DNA from: Acidimicrobiales bacterium
GTDB lineage: Bacteria > Actinomycetota > Acidimicrobiia > Acidimicrobiales > SHLQ01
Length of the DNA: 64,000 nucleotides
Direction: 5' to 3'
Assembly: GCA_020628865.1 (NCBI GenBank)
Contig: JAHDEJ010000001.1
Location: 170,395 to 234,394, forward strand
The number at the start of each line of letters is the position of its first letter. Position 1 is the stretch's first letter. Below, piece by piece: positions 39,173-47,789 of the stretch. The notes under the pieces were generated by a model. The model ran no database searches. It was not told where the DNA came from and saw nothing but the letters and a program-made list of their open reading frames with translations. The position numbers and the translations under genes are program-made.

Positions 39173-40117
39173 TCAGTCCTCGAACGTTGCCGGGTCTCGC
39201 CGCTTGCGGTCGACGGACAGCTGCAACACGTCGGGTCGGCTGTAGTGCCCGGTCGGGTCGAAGTTGTGGCGGGCCTGCCGGACCAGGTCGAGGTCGCATT
39301 CGGCATGAATGATGCACTCGGCGTGCTTGTCAGCTTCCGCCAGCACGTTGCCTTCGGGGTCGACGATGATCGACCCGCCGCTGGCGTACCGGTGGTGTGC
39401 TTCGATCATCTCGTCTCGGACCGGGAAGTCGTCGGGGATGTGTTCATTGCGGAGCACCGCTCCGGAACTCACGACGAAGAGCCGGCCTTCCATCGCCACG
39501 AACCGGCTGATGTCGTGGCTCACGGCCGGCGATCCGGGCCAGGTGGCGACGTGGATCTCCGGACCCTGTGCATACATGGCGGCACGGGCCAACGGCATCC
39601 AGTTCTCCCAGCAGTTCAAGCCGGACAGTCGGGTGCCGGCGAACTCGTGAGCCCGCAACCCATGACCGTCGCCGTCGGCCCACATGAGCCGCTCGCCGTA
39701 GGTGGGCTTGAGTTTGCGATGGACGCCGACGATGCCGGCCTCGGGGTCGATGGCAACGAGCGTGCAGTAGACGGATCCGCCGGAGACGGACCGCTCGACG
39801 ACGCCGAGATAGACGAAGGCTCCGGTCTCGGCGGCAGCGGTGACGACGGGGTTGAGGTCGCCACGTTCGATCACGACCGCCGAATCGAGGTACCGACTGA
39901 ACGCCGCTTTCTGCTGGGGATCGTCGAAGGTCGAGGCGGCCGTGAAGTCCGCCCAGGACGGGTAGCCGGCCACAAAGGTCTCGGGAAAGGCGATGAGCTG
40001 CGCGCCGCCCGAGGACGCTTCGTGCACGAGCTCCACCGACTTGCGGATCGTCGCGTCACGATCGAGATACACGGGAGCCGCCTGCACGGCAGCGACGTTC
40101 ACAACGGGTCCAACCAT
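39173..40117 (-). CDS. nitrilase-family carbon-nitrogen hydrolase
   Basis: Catalytic triad contexts FPETF (Glu), HRKLKPT (Lys) and LNCWENW (Cys). Confidence 0.85.
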   Translation of the reverse strand: MVGPVVNVAAVQAAPVYLDRDATIRKSVELVHEASSGGAQLIAFPETFVAGYPSWADFTAASTFDDPQQKAAFSRYLDSAVVIERGDLNPVVTAAAETGAFVYLGVVERSVSGGSVYCTLVAIDPEAGIVGVHRKLKPTYGERLMWADGDGHGLRAHEFAGTRLSGLNCWENWMPLARAAMYAQGPEIHVATWPGSPAVSHDISRFVAMEGRLFVVSSGAVLRNEHIPDDFPVRDEMIEAHHRYASGGSIIVDPEGNVLAEADKHAECIIHAECDLDLVRQARHNFDPTGHYSRPDVLQLSVDRKRRDPATFED

Positions 40118-40242
40118 TCGGCCACCCTACGCAATGGGCCGAAGCGGCGAACGGGTGGGCGGGTGTGCGATGCTGTGCGGACGTTTCGGAGCGATTCGCT
40201 CGACCGCTGGACGGCCACACCGACGTGGCCGGAGAGGACCAC

Positions 40243-42540
40243 ATGGCAGTCACCGATCTTCCCACCTTCATCCGGGCCGACGGTCCCGACAAGGTCACCG
40301 GCTCGGGCCGCTACACGGCCGACATGACCCTGACCGGAATGCTCGTCGCCAAGTTCAAGTACTCGGCGCACAGCCACGCCCGCATCACCAAGCTCGACGT
40401 CAGCGCGGCCCGCGCCATCCCGGGCGTGTTCGCCGTCCTCACCCAGGAGGACGTGCCCGACGTCCACTACACCTACGGCATCGCCGACCGCACGCTCTTC
40501 GCCCGAGACGTCGTCCGATTCGAGGGTGAGGTCATTGCGGCGGTGGCCGCCACGACCGCCGAGGTCGCCGAGCAGGCCCTCGACGCGATCGTCGTCGAAT
40601 ACGAACCGCTTCCCGTGGTCACCGACCTCGCCGCGGCGCTCGCCGACGGCGCTCCCCTCGTCCACGAGAACTGGGAAGATCTCGAAGCGAATGACGACAT
40701 CATCCGCAAGGGCAACCTCGCCACCTTCTCGTCCATCCACAAGGGCGATCCGGACGAGGCGATGGCCCGCGCCGATCACGTCGTCACCAGCCGCTACGAG
40801 GCCGACGCCAGCCACGCACTCCCCATCGAACCGCGGGCGATCGTCGCCCAATGGGAGGGCGACAAGGTCACCATCTGGACCAGCACCCAGGTGCCGTACG
40901 ACGCCCGCGACGGCGTCTGCGAAACCCTGCAGCTCCCCGCCAACCGGGTGCGCATCATCGTCCCCCACCTCGGGGGCGGCTTCGGCGGCAAGTGCGGCTT
41001 TCACTTCGAGGCGCACATCGCCGCGCTGGCGCAAGCTGCCGCCCGGCCGGTCAAGCTCGTCTTCAGCCGGTACGAGGAGTTCATCGCCCCGGACCGCCGG
41101 CGCGAGGGCATGATCTTCGACATCACCACCGGCGTCATGAACGATGGCACGATCGTGGCTCGCACCGGCGAGATCCTCGTCGACAACGGGGCTTACCTCG
41201 CCGACTCGGCCTTCTTCCCCCAGGTCGCCGCAATGCACATCGCCGGCCCCTACAAGATGGAAGCCCTGCGGATCGACTCCTCGCTCGTCTACACGAACAA
41301 GCAGCCGTCCGGTTCCGTGCGGGCGCCAACCGCGCCGCAGGGGTGCTGGGCGCTCGAGTCCCACACCGACGAAGTGGCCGCTGCGATCGGCATGGACCCG
41401 GTCGAGTTCCGCCGCCTCAATGTCGTCCGCACCGGCGACGAGGGCCCGGTCGGTCAGGTCTACGAGGAGATCGGCCTCGCCGACTGCCTCGACCTCGCAG
41501 TGGAGTCCGCCAGCACCGTCGAGCTCGGCGAGAACGAAGCACTCGGCGTCGCCGTGGGTTGGTGGCCCTCCTTCGCTGTGCCCACCGGCGCCTTCGCCAA
41601 GATGCACGGCGATGGCAGCGTGCAGGTCATCACCGGCGCCCAGGAGTGCGGCACCGGGTCCGTCATGACCCTTCGCATGATCGTCGCCGACGAGCTCGGC
41701 ATCGACCAGACCGACGTGCAGCTCGTCTACCAGGACACCGGCGCAGCGCCGGTTGGTCCGGGAGCGACCGGGTCACAGACCCTGTTCAACCACGGCCGTG
41801 CCGTGGAAACCTGCGCCAAGCAGATCAGCCAGCAACTTCGGGAGCTGGCCGCCGGCCACCTCGAGGCGGCAGCGGACGACATCGTGCTCGACGGCGGCAA
41901 CGCCCACGTGGCCGGCACGCCGAGCAAGTCCGTGCCGATCGTGGAACTCGCCGGTGAAGCCGCCGGCGGCGATCTCCTGCTCGGCGCCGCCTCGGCCGAG
42001 GTGCACGAGTACCCCGAGCTGCCGTCGGGCGCCTGCGTCGGCGACCAGGGCATGGGCGCATGGATGGCACCGCAGTTCAGCTGCCACGTGGCCAAGGTGC
42101 GACTCGACCCCGACACCGGCGTCGCCCGCGTGCTCGAGGTCCACACCGCCCACGACTCGGGCACGATCCTCAATCCCGTCGGTGCACATGGCCAGATCGA
42201 GGGCGGTGTGCTCATGGGCATCGGCCAGGCGCTGACCGAGGGCACCAAGTACGACGAGGACGGCAAGCAAATGAACGCCGCACTGCTCGAGTACAAGCTC
42301 CAGACGATCGCCGATGCTCCGAGCATCCACACGCAGTTCGTCGAGATCGACACACCCAATGCCGGCCCCAAGGGGTCGAAGGGGCTGGCGGAGGCGCCGA
42401 ACGTCGCCACCGCAGGTGCCATCTCGAATGCGCTCGCCAAGATCGCCGGCACGCACATCCGTCAGATGCCGATGACTGGCGAGCGGGTGTGGGAAGCCAT
42501 GAACACCATCGACAACGGATCCGAAGGAGGTGTGGCATGA
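40243..42540 (+). CDS. xanthine dehydrogenase/aldehyde oxidase-family molybdopterin-binding large subunit
   Basis: Start ATG 40243 after GGAGAGG. KVTGSGRYTAD a/b-hammerhead N-terminus, GGGFGGK motif, ~765 aa. Confidence 0.88.
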   Translation: MAVTDLPTFIRADGPDKVTGSGRYTADMTLTGMLVAKFKYSAHSHARITKLDVSAARAIPGVFAVLTQEDVPDVHYTYGIADRTLFARDVVRFEGEVIAAVAATTAEVAEQALDAIVVEYEPLPVVTDLAAALADGAPLVHENWEDLEANDDIIRKGNLATFSSIHKGDPDEAMARADHVVTSRYEADASHALPIEPRAIVAQWEGDKVTIWTSTQVPYDARDGVCETLQLPANRVRIIVPHLGGGFGGKCGFHFEAHIAALAQAAARPVKLVFSRYEEFIAPDRRREGMIFDITTGVMNDGTIVARTGEILVDNGAYLADSAFFPQVAAMHIAGPYKMEALRIDSSLVYTNKQPSGSVRAPTAPQGCWALESHTDEVAAAIGMDPVEFRRLNVVRTGDEGPVGQVYEEIGLADCLDLAVESASTVELGENEALGVAVGWWPSFAVPTGAFAKMHGDGSVQVITGAQECGTGSVMTLRMIVADELGIDQTDVQLVYQDTGAAPVGPGATGSQTLFNHGRAVETCAKQISQQLRELAAGHLEAAADDIVLDGGNAHVAGTPSKSVPIVELAGEAAGGDLLLGAASAEVHEYPELPSGACVGDQGMGAWMAPQFSCHVAKVRLDPDTGVARVLEVHTAHDSGTILNPVGAHGQIEGGVLMGIGQALTEGTKYDEDGKQMNAALLEYKLQTIADAPSIHTQFVEIDTPNAGPKGSKGLAEAPNVATAGAISNALAKIAGTHIRQMPMTGERVWEAMNTIDNGSEGGVA

Positions 42541-43427
42541 GCTTCACCGTCGCCACCAGCCTCGACGAGGCACTCGCCGGCCTTGCTGCCGGCGCCCGGC
42601 CCATCGCCGGCGGCACCGACCTCGTCGTCGGCGCCCGGCAGGGAAAGGCACCGCTCCCGGGCGACATCATCGCGATCGACCGGCTCCCCGAGCTCGGCGA
42701 CATCGAGTCCGGCGCCTCCGAGACTCGGATCGGATCGGGCGTCACCCACGCCCGGCTGATGACCGACGACACGATCGTCTCGGGGTACACGGCGATCGCC
42801 GATGCTGCCGCCCTGGTCGGGTCTCCGGCCACACGAAACGTCGGCACGCTCGGCGGCAACGTCATGAACGGTTCCCCGGCCATGGACACCGGAGCACCAC
42901 TCGTCGTGCTCGACGCAAAAGCCGAGCTCACCACGGCGGCTGGTTCCCGGCTCGTCCCGATGGACGATCTCTGGGTCGGCCCGGGCCGCACCAGCGCCGA
43001 GCCGGCCGAGCTGTGCACCGCACTCGTCCTCCCGGCATTCGCAGGCGGCAGCGCCTACGTCCGCCTGGAGTACCGCCGGGCGATGGAGATCGCCGTCGTC
43101 GGTGCGGCTGCGGCCGTGACCCTCGACGGTGGAGCAATCGCCTCGGTTCGAGTCGCACTCACTGCCGTGGCACCGACGATCATCGAGGTCACCGGCCTGG
43201 ACGCACTCGCGGGTTCCGCCGCCGACGAAGCAGCGCTCGCCGCCGTTGCGTCGGCGGCAGCCGAACAGGCCACGCCCATCAGTGACCTTCGGGCGAGCGA
43301 TACGTATCGCCGCCACACCATCGGCGTGATGGCGAGGCGTGCGGTCGACGCCGCTGCTCGTCGCGCCGCCGGCGAGTCCATCGCCGTTCCCGTCAATCGT
43401 GCCCTTGGAATCGGAGCCGCATCATGA
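42537..43427 (+). CDS. FAD-binding (CoxM-like) medium subunit of XDH-family enzyme
   Basis: GAAGGAGG SD. ATGA overlap with the large subunit. AGGTDL and TLGGN motifs. Confidence 0.85.
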   Translation: MSFTVATSLDEALAGLAAGARPIAGGTDLVVGARQGKAPLPGDIIAIDRLPELGDIESGASETRIGSGVTHARLMTDDTIVSGYTAIADAAALVGSPATRNVGTLGGNVMNGSPAMDTGAPLVVLDAKAELTTAAGSRLVPMDDLWVGPGRTSAEPAELCTALVLPAFAGGSAYVRLEYRRAMEIAVVGAAAAVTLDGGAIASVRVALTAVAPTIIEVTGLDALAGSAADEAALAAVASAAAEQATPISDLRASDTYRRHTIGVMARRAVDAAARRAAGESIAVPVNRALGIGAAS

Positions 43428-43903
43428 GCGATCTGAACGCTGTCAGCCTGAACGTCAACGGCGTGCCATACGACGTCGCCATCACCACCGACCGGAACCT
43501 GTCCGGCGTCATCCGCAACGAGGTCGGCCTGACCGGCACCAAGGAAGGCTGCGACGATTGCGAGTGCGGCGCGTGCATGGTGCTCCTCGACGGTCAGCCG
43601 ATCAACTCGTGCTCCTACCTGGCCGTCCAGGCGCAGGGTCGTGAGATCACCACGGTCGAGGGCCTGGCCGACGGAACCGACCTCCACCCGCTGCAGGAGA
43701 ACATTCTCGCCACCGGCGGCGTGCAGTGTGGCTTCTGCACCCCGGGCATGTTGATGTCCGCGCAGGCGCTGTTGGATCGCACGCCCGATCCGTCGCTCGA
43801 GGAGATCAAGATCGGCCTGTCGGGCAACCTCTGCCGGTGCACGGGATACGCCCGGATCCTCGCCGCGGTCGAAGCGACCGCCGTCGAGATCAACGGTGCC
43901 TGA
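43424..43903 (+). CDS. (2Fe-2S)-binding small subunit of XDH-family enzyme
   Basis: CDDCECGAC...NSC and CGFCTPG...CRCTGY cluster motifs. ATGA overlap with the medium subunit. Confidence 0.9.
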   Translation: MSDLNAVSLNVNGVPYDVAITTDRNLSGVIRNEVGLTGTKEGCDDCECGACMVLLDGQPINSCSYLAVQAQGREITTVEGLADGTDLHPLQENILATGGVQCGFCTPGMLMSAQALLDRTPDPSLEEIKIGLSGNLCRCTGYARILAAVEATAVEINGA

Positions 43904-44546
43904 CCCTCAGCCCAGCCGCACACTCGGCCCGTTCGATGGGGTCCTGTTCGACAACGATGGCGTGCTCGTCGACTCGCATGCCCACGGCGAGATCGCGTGG
44001 CGGACGCTGTGCGACCGATTCGGCCTGCCGTTCGACGAGATCGTCACGACGTTCGTGGGCCGACGTCCCGAGGACACGTTCGGCGAACACCTCGACGGCG
44101 AGCGGCTCGCCACGGCGATCGACGAGCTCGAAGCGCTCGAGATCGAGCTCGCAGCCGAGACTCCGGTGCTTCACGGAGCGATCGAGCTGCTCGACGCACT
44201 CACGCTGCCGTGGACGGTGGTGACCTCAGCGTCGCTCCCGTTGGCGGTCGCCCGCTGGCAAGGCGCTGGGCTGCGAGTTCCAGAACAGGTCGTGTCGGCA
44301 GAGTCGGTCAGCCGCGGCAAGCCGGACCCGCAGCCATACCTGGCCGGCGCCGAGCTGCTCGGGGTCGATCCTGAGCGGGTGCTCGTCTTCGAAGATGCGC
44401 CGGCTGGAGGGCTCGCCGCAACGGCGGCCGGCTGCACGGTCGTCGCCGTCGGCGACACGCCATGGACGATCGAGCCCGCCGCCCGGGTACCTGACCTGTC
44501 GTTCGTTCGCATTGCCGAAGACGGCGCAATGTTCACGATGGGGTGA
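43896..44546 (+). CDS. HAD-superfamily hydrolase (beta-phosphoglucomutase-like subfamily IA)
   Basis: DNDGVLVDS motif I, TSAS motif II, GKPDPQPY, and FEDAPAG motif IV. GTG start overlaps the upstream gene by 8 nt. Confidence 0.8.
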   Translation: MPDPQPSRTLGPFDGVLFDNDGVLVDSHAHGEIAWRTLCDRFGLPFDEIVTTFVGRRPEDTFGEHLDGERLATAIDELEALEIELAAETPVLHGAIELLDALTLPWTVVTSASLPLAVARWQGAGLRVPEQVVSAESVSRGKPDPQPYLAGAELLGVDPERVLVFEDAPAGGLAATAAGCTVVAVGDTPWTIEPAARVPDLSFVRIAEDGAMFTMG

Positions 44547-44578
44547 AGCGGAACGACGCGCAGGTCACACACTGATTG

Positions 44579-45916
44579 TCAGGGAATCAGGCTCCATTCG
44601 GCCGTGGGTGTGCCGAAGTCGCGGCGGGCTTCAATCTTCACGACGGTGAGGTCCTCGGGGATGTCGAAGGCGATCCAGCCGCCCGAGACGCCATCGACGG
44701 GGACATTGGCGAAGTTCAGCGGATCGCCGAGGGTGACCTGCCGGAAAGACTCACCGATTGCTTCGCCATGCTCGCCGATCAAGGTGAAGACCGGAACACC
44801 TTGTTGATCACCGGTGAGGTTCTCGAGCTCCACGAGTGCAGCGACGACCCGATCACCGGCCACCGGCGGGACGATGGCGTTGGCCGGGTCGGCCACGAAC
44901 TCGATGCTGGTCCGAAGTCGGGAGCCGTTGGCATTCACCAGGATCACTTCATCGCTGAGGACGTTGCCGCCCCGCGTGGCGACCGCGACTGGGGCGACGG
45001 AGATGCCGCGAGTCAGATCCCATGTGCCGATGTCGGGCGAGAAGCCGGCATCCATCCGCACCTCGAGTCGAACGGGGTCGACGTCGCTCGGCATCTCGAA
45101 GGTCACCCAGCCCATCCGGACGTCGCCGGCAGAGTGGGTCCAGCATCCAAGGAGCGGACCGGCGGTCACCCGCTCGAAGTTCGAGACGTAGCTTGCACCA
45201 TCGGAGCCGACCAGGCGCAGGACGCTCGACGAGCAGTCGGAGATCACTCCACTGGTCAGGCGACTCGACACCTGTACCGAAACGAGCCGGTTGCCGGCAT
45301 CAGGGGCGAAGATCGACAGCGTCTCGGTTGCCTCGTCGACCAGGTCGTGGACGATCCAGTCGGCGGCCGCACCATCGGCGGTCAACGCAACGGTCGAGCC
45401 GAGCACACCGTCGGCCCGCTCGGTCGACTCGCACGTCGCCCGAATCGTTCCAGCCTGCGCGTCGACGCAGACGTCGTTGTCGGCCCGACCGTAGAGCCGG
45501 TCACGCCGGCCGCGCCCGCCATCGAGAATGTCGTCGCCACCGCCGCCGATGATGCGGTCGTTGCCGCGATCGCCGTAGATGATGTCGGCTCCTGCGTCGC
45601 CGTTGATGCGATCGCCTTCGTCGCCGCCGAAGATCGTGTCGGCCTGCCGTCCGCCGAAGATCCGATCCCGACCGGGGCCGCCGCAGATGATGTCGCGGCC
45701 GCTGAACCCGCGAATGAAATCGTTGCCGCCGAGGCCGGAAATGACGTCGCGCCCCTCGGTGCCGAGGAGGACGTCGTCGCCCTCCGTGCCGAGAATCGTG
45801 ACCGCCGCGCCGCCACAGGTCTCGACGTTCTGTGCGCCCGCCGCCGACCCGACCGCCAGCACCGACGCCATCAGCGCAATCACCAGTCCGATCGCACGTC
45901 CGGTCCTCATCTTCAT
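44579..45916 (-). CDS. secreted RTX (hemolysin-type calcium-binding) repeat protein with C-terminal Ig-like (DUF4352-like) domains
   Basis: Start MKMRTGRAIGLVIALMASVLAVGSAAGA (signal peptide) 7 nt after GAGGTG. N-terminal GGNDFIRGFSGRD / GGPGRD / GDEGDRING... repeats. Confidence 0.75.
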   Translation of the reverse strand: MKMRTGRAIGLVIALMASVLAVGSAAGAQNVETCGGAAVTILGTEGDDVLLGTEGRDVISGLGGNDFIRGFSGRDIICGGPGRDRIFGGRQADTIFGGDEGDRINGDAGADIIYGDRGNDRIIGGGGDDILDGGRGRRDRLYGRADNDVCVDAQAGTIRATCESTERADGVLGSTVALTADGAAADWIVHDLVDEATETLSIFAPDAGNRLVSVQVSSRLTSGVISDCSSSVLRLVGSDGASYVSNFERVTAGPLLGCWTHSAGDVRMGWVTFEMPSDVDPVRLEVRMDAGFSPDIGTWDLTRGISVAPVAVATRGGNVLSDEVILVNANGSRLRTSIEFVADPANAIVPPVAGDRVVAALVELENLTGDQQGVPVFTLIGEHGEAIGESFRQVTLGDPLNFANVPVDGVSGGWIAFDIPEDLTVVKIEARRDFGTPTAEWSLIP

Positions 45917-46138
45917 TGACATCACCTCGTGTTCAGCGCCCATTGCAGGCTTGCGCATGGTGACGGGCTTCGCAAGGGCGGGCCAACCCGGCGTCCCGCC
46001 GTGTTCGTTGTCGCTCGTTCTGTCACTGGGAGGCGCGATCGTGCCGCAACCCGGACAACCTGCGACGACGCCCCGACCGTCCGTGACGCTCAGGAGGACA
46101 ACGGACGCCCGGAGTGGTTCAATCGAGACGTGGAAGGG

Positions 46139-47113
46139 ATGGCGAGCGACACACCGGAGATCGACGCGGTCCTGCGCGCCGTCGATTCGATCTGCCGGCC
46201 CGGCTCGTTCCTCAACGGCGAGGAGCGGCTGTTCGTCGCCCGAGCCACGCGCGAATTCCGATCCGGCTCGACCCCGTCCAACCCTCTGCTCCCCCGAGCG
46301 GTCGTCGATGCCGTTCGCCGACTCACGATCGAACCGTGGTCCATCACCGATTCCCATGTCTTCGAATGGGACATCGCCGGCCTGCACAAGCTCGCCTATC
46401 TGGAGATCATCTCTGTGGTCGCTCGCATGGTGGCGGTGGACAGTTGGACCGATGGCCTCGGCCTTCCGAACGCACGTCTGCCGGTTCGGGTGGACCGCGG
46501 GTTCCCGATTGCGATGGTGGACCGAAACGCTCGCACGACGTCGGCGTGGGTCCCGACGGTCGGCGCTCCCCGGGCGGACACGGCGATGTCCGCACTGCCC
46601 GAAGAGGAAGCGTCGCTCTTCGACCTGCTCCGCGTCTTCTACCTTCCGATGGAACGAGTGGCCGAGGTCGACCAGCCGTCGAAGCGGCTGTTGTCCCGGC
46701 CCCAGATCGAGCTGATCGCCGCCCGAACCTCGAGCCTCAACGAGTGCTTCTATTGACTGTATTCACACGCCTGGATGCTCCGTGAGAGCTCCGATGCCGC
46801 CAACCTGCCGATCGACCTGCGAGCCGTCCGCGACTCGACGATCGACCCCCTGACGCCCCTCGGCCCCGAACTCCTGGCCTTCACCGATGCGCTGGTCCTG
46901 CAGGACCACGACGAGTTGGAGATCGCCCGGACCGACGTGCAGCTGCTGCTGGGCGAGGCAGGCGTGGAGGCGGTGAGCGGCGTCGTGGCCGCATTCGAGA
47001 TGATGAATCGCCTGCTCGACGGTGTGGGCGCCCCGGTGAACCCGAAGTTCATGGACACCGAGGTGTCGATCGGGCTCAGCGCGCCCGGTAACCGTCCATC
47101 ATCATCTTCGTGA
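46139..47113 (+). CDS. AhpD/carboxymuconolactone-decarboxylase-family protein interrupted by an in-frame TGA at 46754-46756 (Sec candidate, or a pseudogene)
   Basis: ORFs 45929..46756 and 46775..47113 share a frame. The junction reads E-LIAARTSSLNE-C-FY-[TGA]-LYS-H, which equals E-x11-C-x2-C-x3-H with the stop at the second Cys. Confidence 0.6.
46763..46787 (+). promoter_or_regulatory. candidate SECIS-like stem-loop 7 nt downstream of the in-frame TGA
   Basis: TCACACG / CGTGAGA stem (one A-A mismatch) around the 11-nt loop CCTGGATGCTC. This is a weak, eye-found structure only. Confidence 0.25.
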
Positions 47114-47690
47114 ACGAGTTCATCGTCTCGTCCATCGTGGCGAGGACCCGTTCGTTCTTCTCGGCGACACCCGGCAGAGCGGAGTGCAGCACCGCGTAGC
47201 CGTGCACGGCCGACCAGGTCATGGTGGCCGCCGCATCGATGTCGAGCGAGGGATTGTGTGCGTCTCGGATTGCCGTGATGCCATCCAGGAGGCGCTGGTA
47301 CGCACCCACCGAAGCTTCGATGAACGCCTCGTCGGCGTCGTCGACCAGCTCGTCGGTGCACATCACGCCGAAGTGTCCGGGGTTGTTGAGTGCCGTCCTG
47401 ACGTAGGCCTTGCCCATTGCGTTCAGCCGTTCGATCGGGTCGTCCAACCCTTCCACCGCTTCGTCGAACGCAGCGACCAGCGTTGCGAAGCCCTCGGCGG
47501 CCACGGAGGTGAGCAGACCCTTCGAACTGCCGAAGTGATGGGCGGGTGCGGCGTGGGAGACGCCTGCCCGCCGGGCGACCTCTCGCAAGCTGAAGCCGGT
47601 GGGGCCCCGCTCGGTGATGAGCTCGACGGTTGCGGCTCGCAGGGCCGAGGGAAGGTCGCCGTGGTGGTACGTGCTGGTGGCCATCGACAT
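47076..47690 (-). CDS. TetR/AcrR-family transcriptional regulator
   Basis: N-terminal HTH FSLREVARRAGVSHAAPAHHF. 204 aa. Divergent from the MMPL gene. Confidence 0.9.
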   Translation of the reverse strand: MSMATSTYHHGDLPSALRAATVELITERGPTGFSLREVARRAGVSHAAPAHHFGSSKGLLTSVAAEGFATLVAAFDEAVEGLDDPIERLNAMGKAYVRTALNNPGHFGVMCTDELVDDADEAFIEASVGAYQRLLDGITAIRDAHNPSLDIDAAATMTWSAVHGYAVLHSALPGVAEKNERVLATMDETMNSFTKMMMDGYRAR

Positions 47691-47717
47691 CGATTCTAGC
47701 GCCTTCCCGAATTTTCG

Positions 47718-47732
47718 CTTGACACTGTCAAG
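47718..47732. promoter_or_regulatory. palindromic operator candidate (TetR site 1)
   Basis: CTTGACA-c-TGTCAAG, perfect 7-bp arms, in the TetR/MMPL divergent intergenic region. Confidence 0.55.
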
Positions 47733-47760
47733 ACATCACCGTACGGTTCGAACTTGCCAG

Positions 47761-47773
47761 TGTCAACTTGACA
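47761..47773. promoter_or_regulatory. palindromic operator candidate (TetR site 2)
   Basis: TGTCAA-c-TTGACA uses the same half-sites in everted order, 17 nt before the MMPL start. Confidence 0.5.
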
Positions 47774-47789
47774 GCGGAAAGACGCCCGA

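Noticed and set aside
40099-41607. 502-aa ORF on the minus strand
   Set aside because: It is antisense to the XDH-family large subunit. It has no motifs and shadow-ORF composition.
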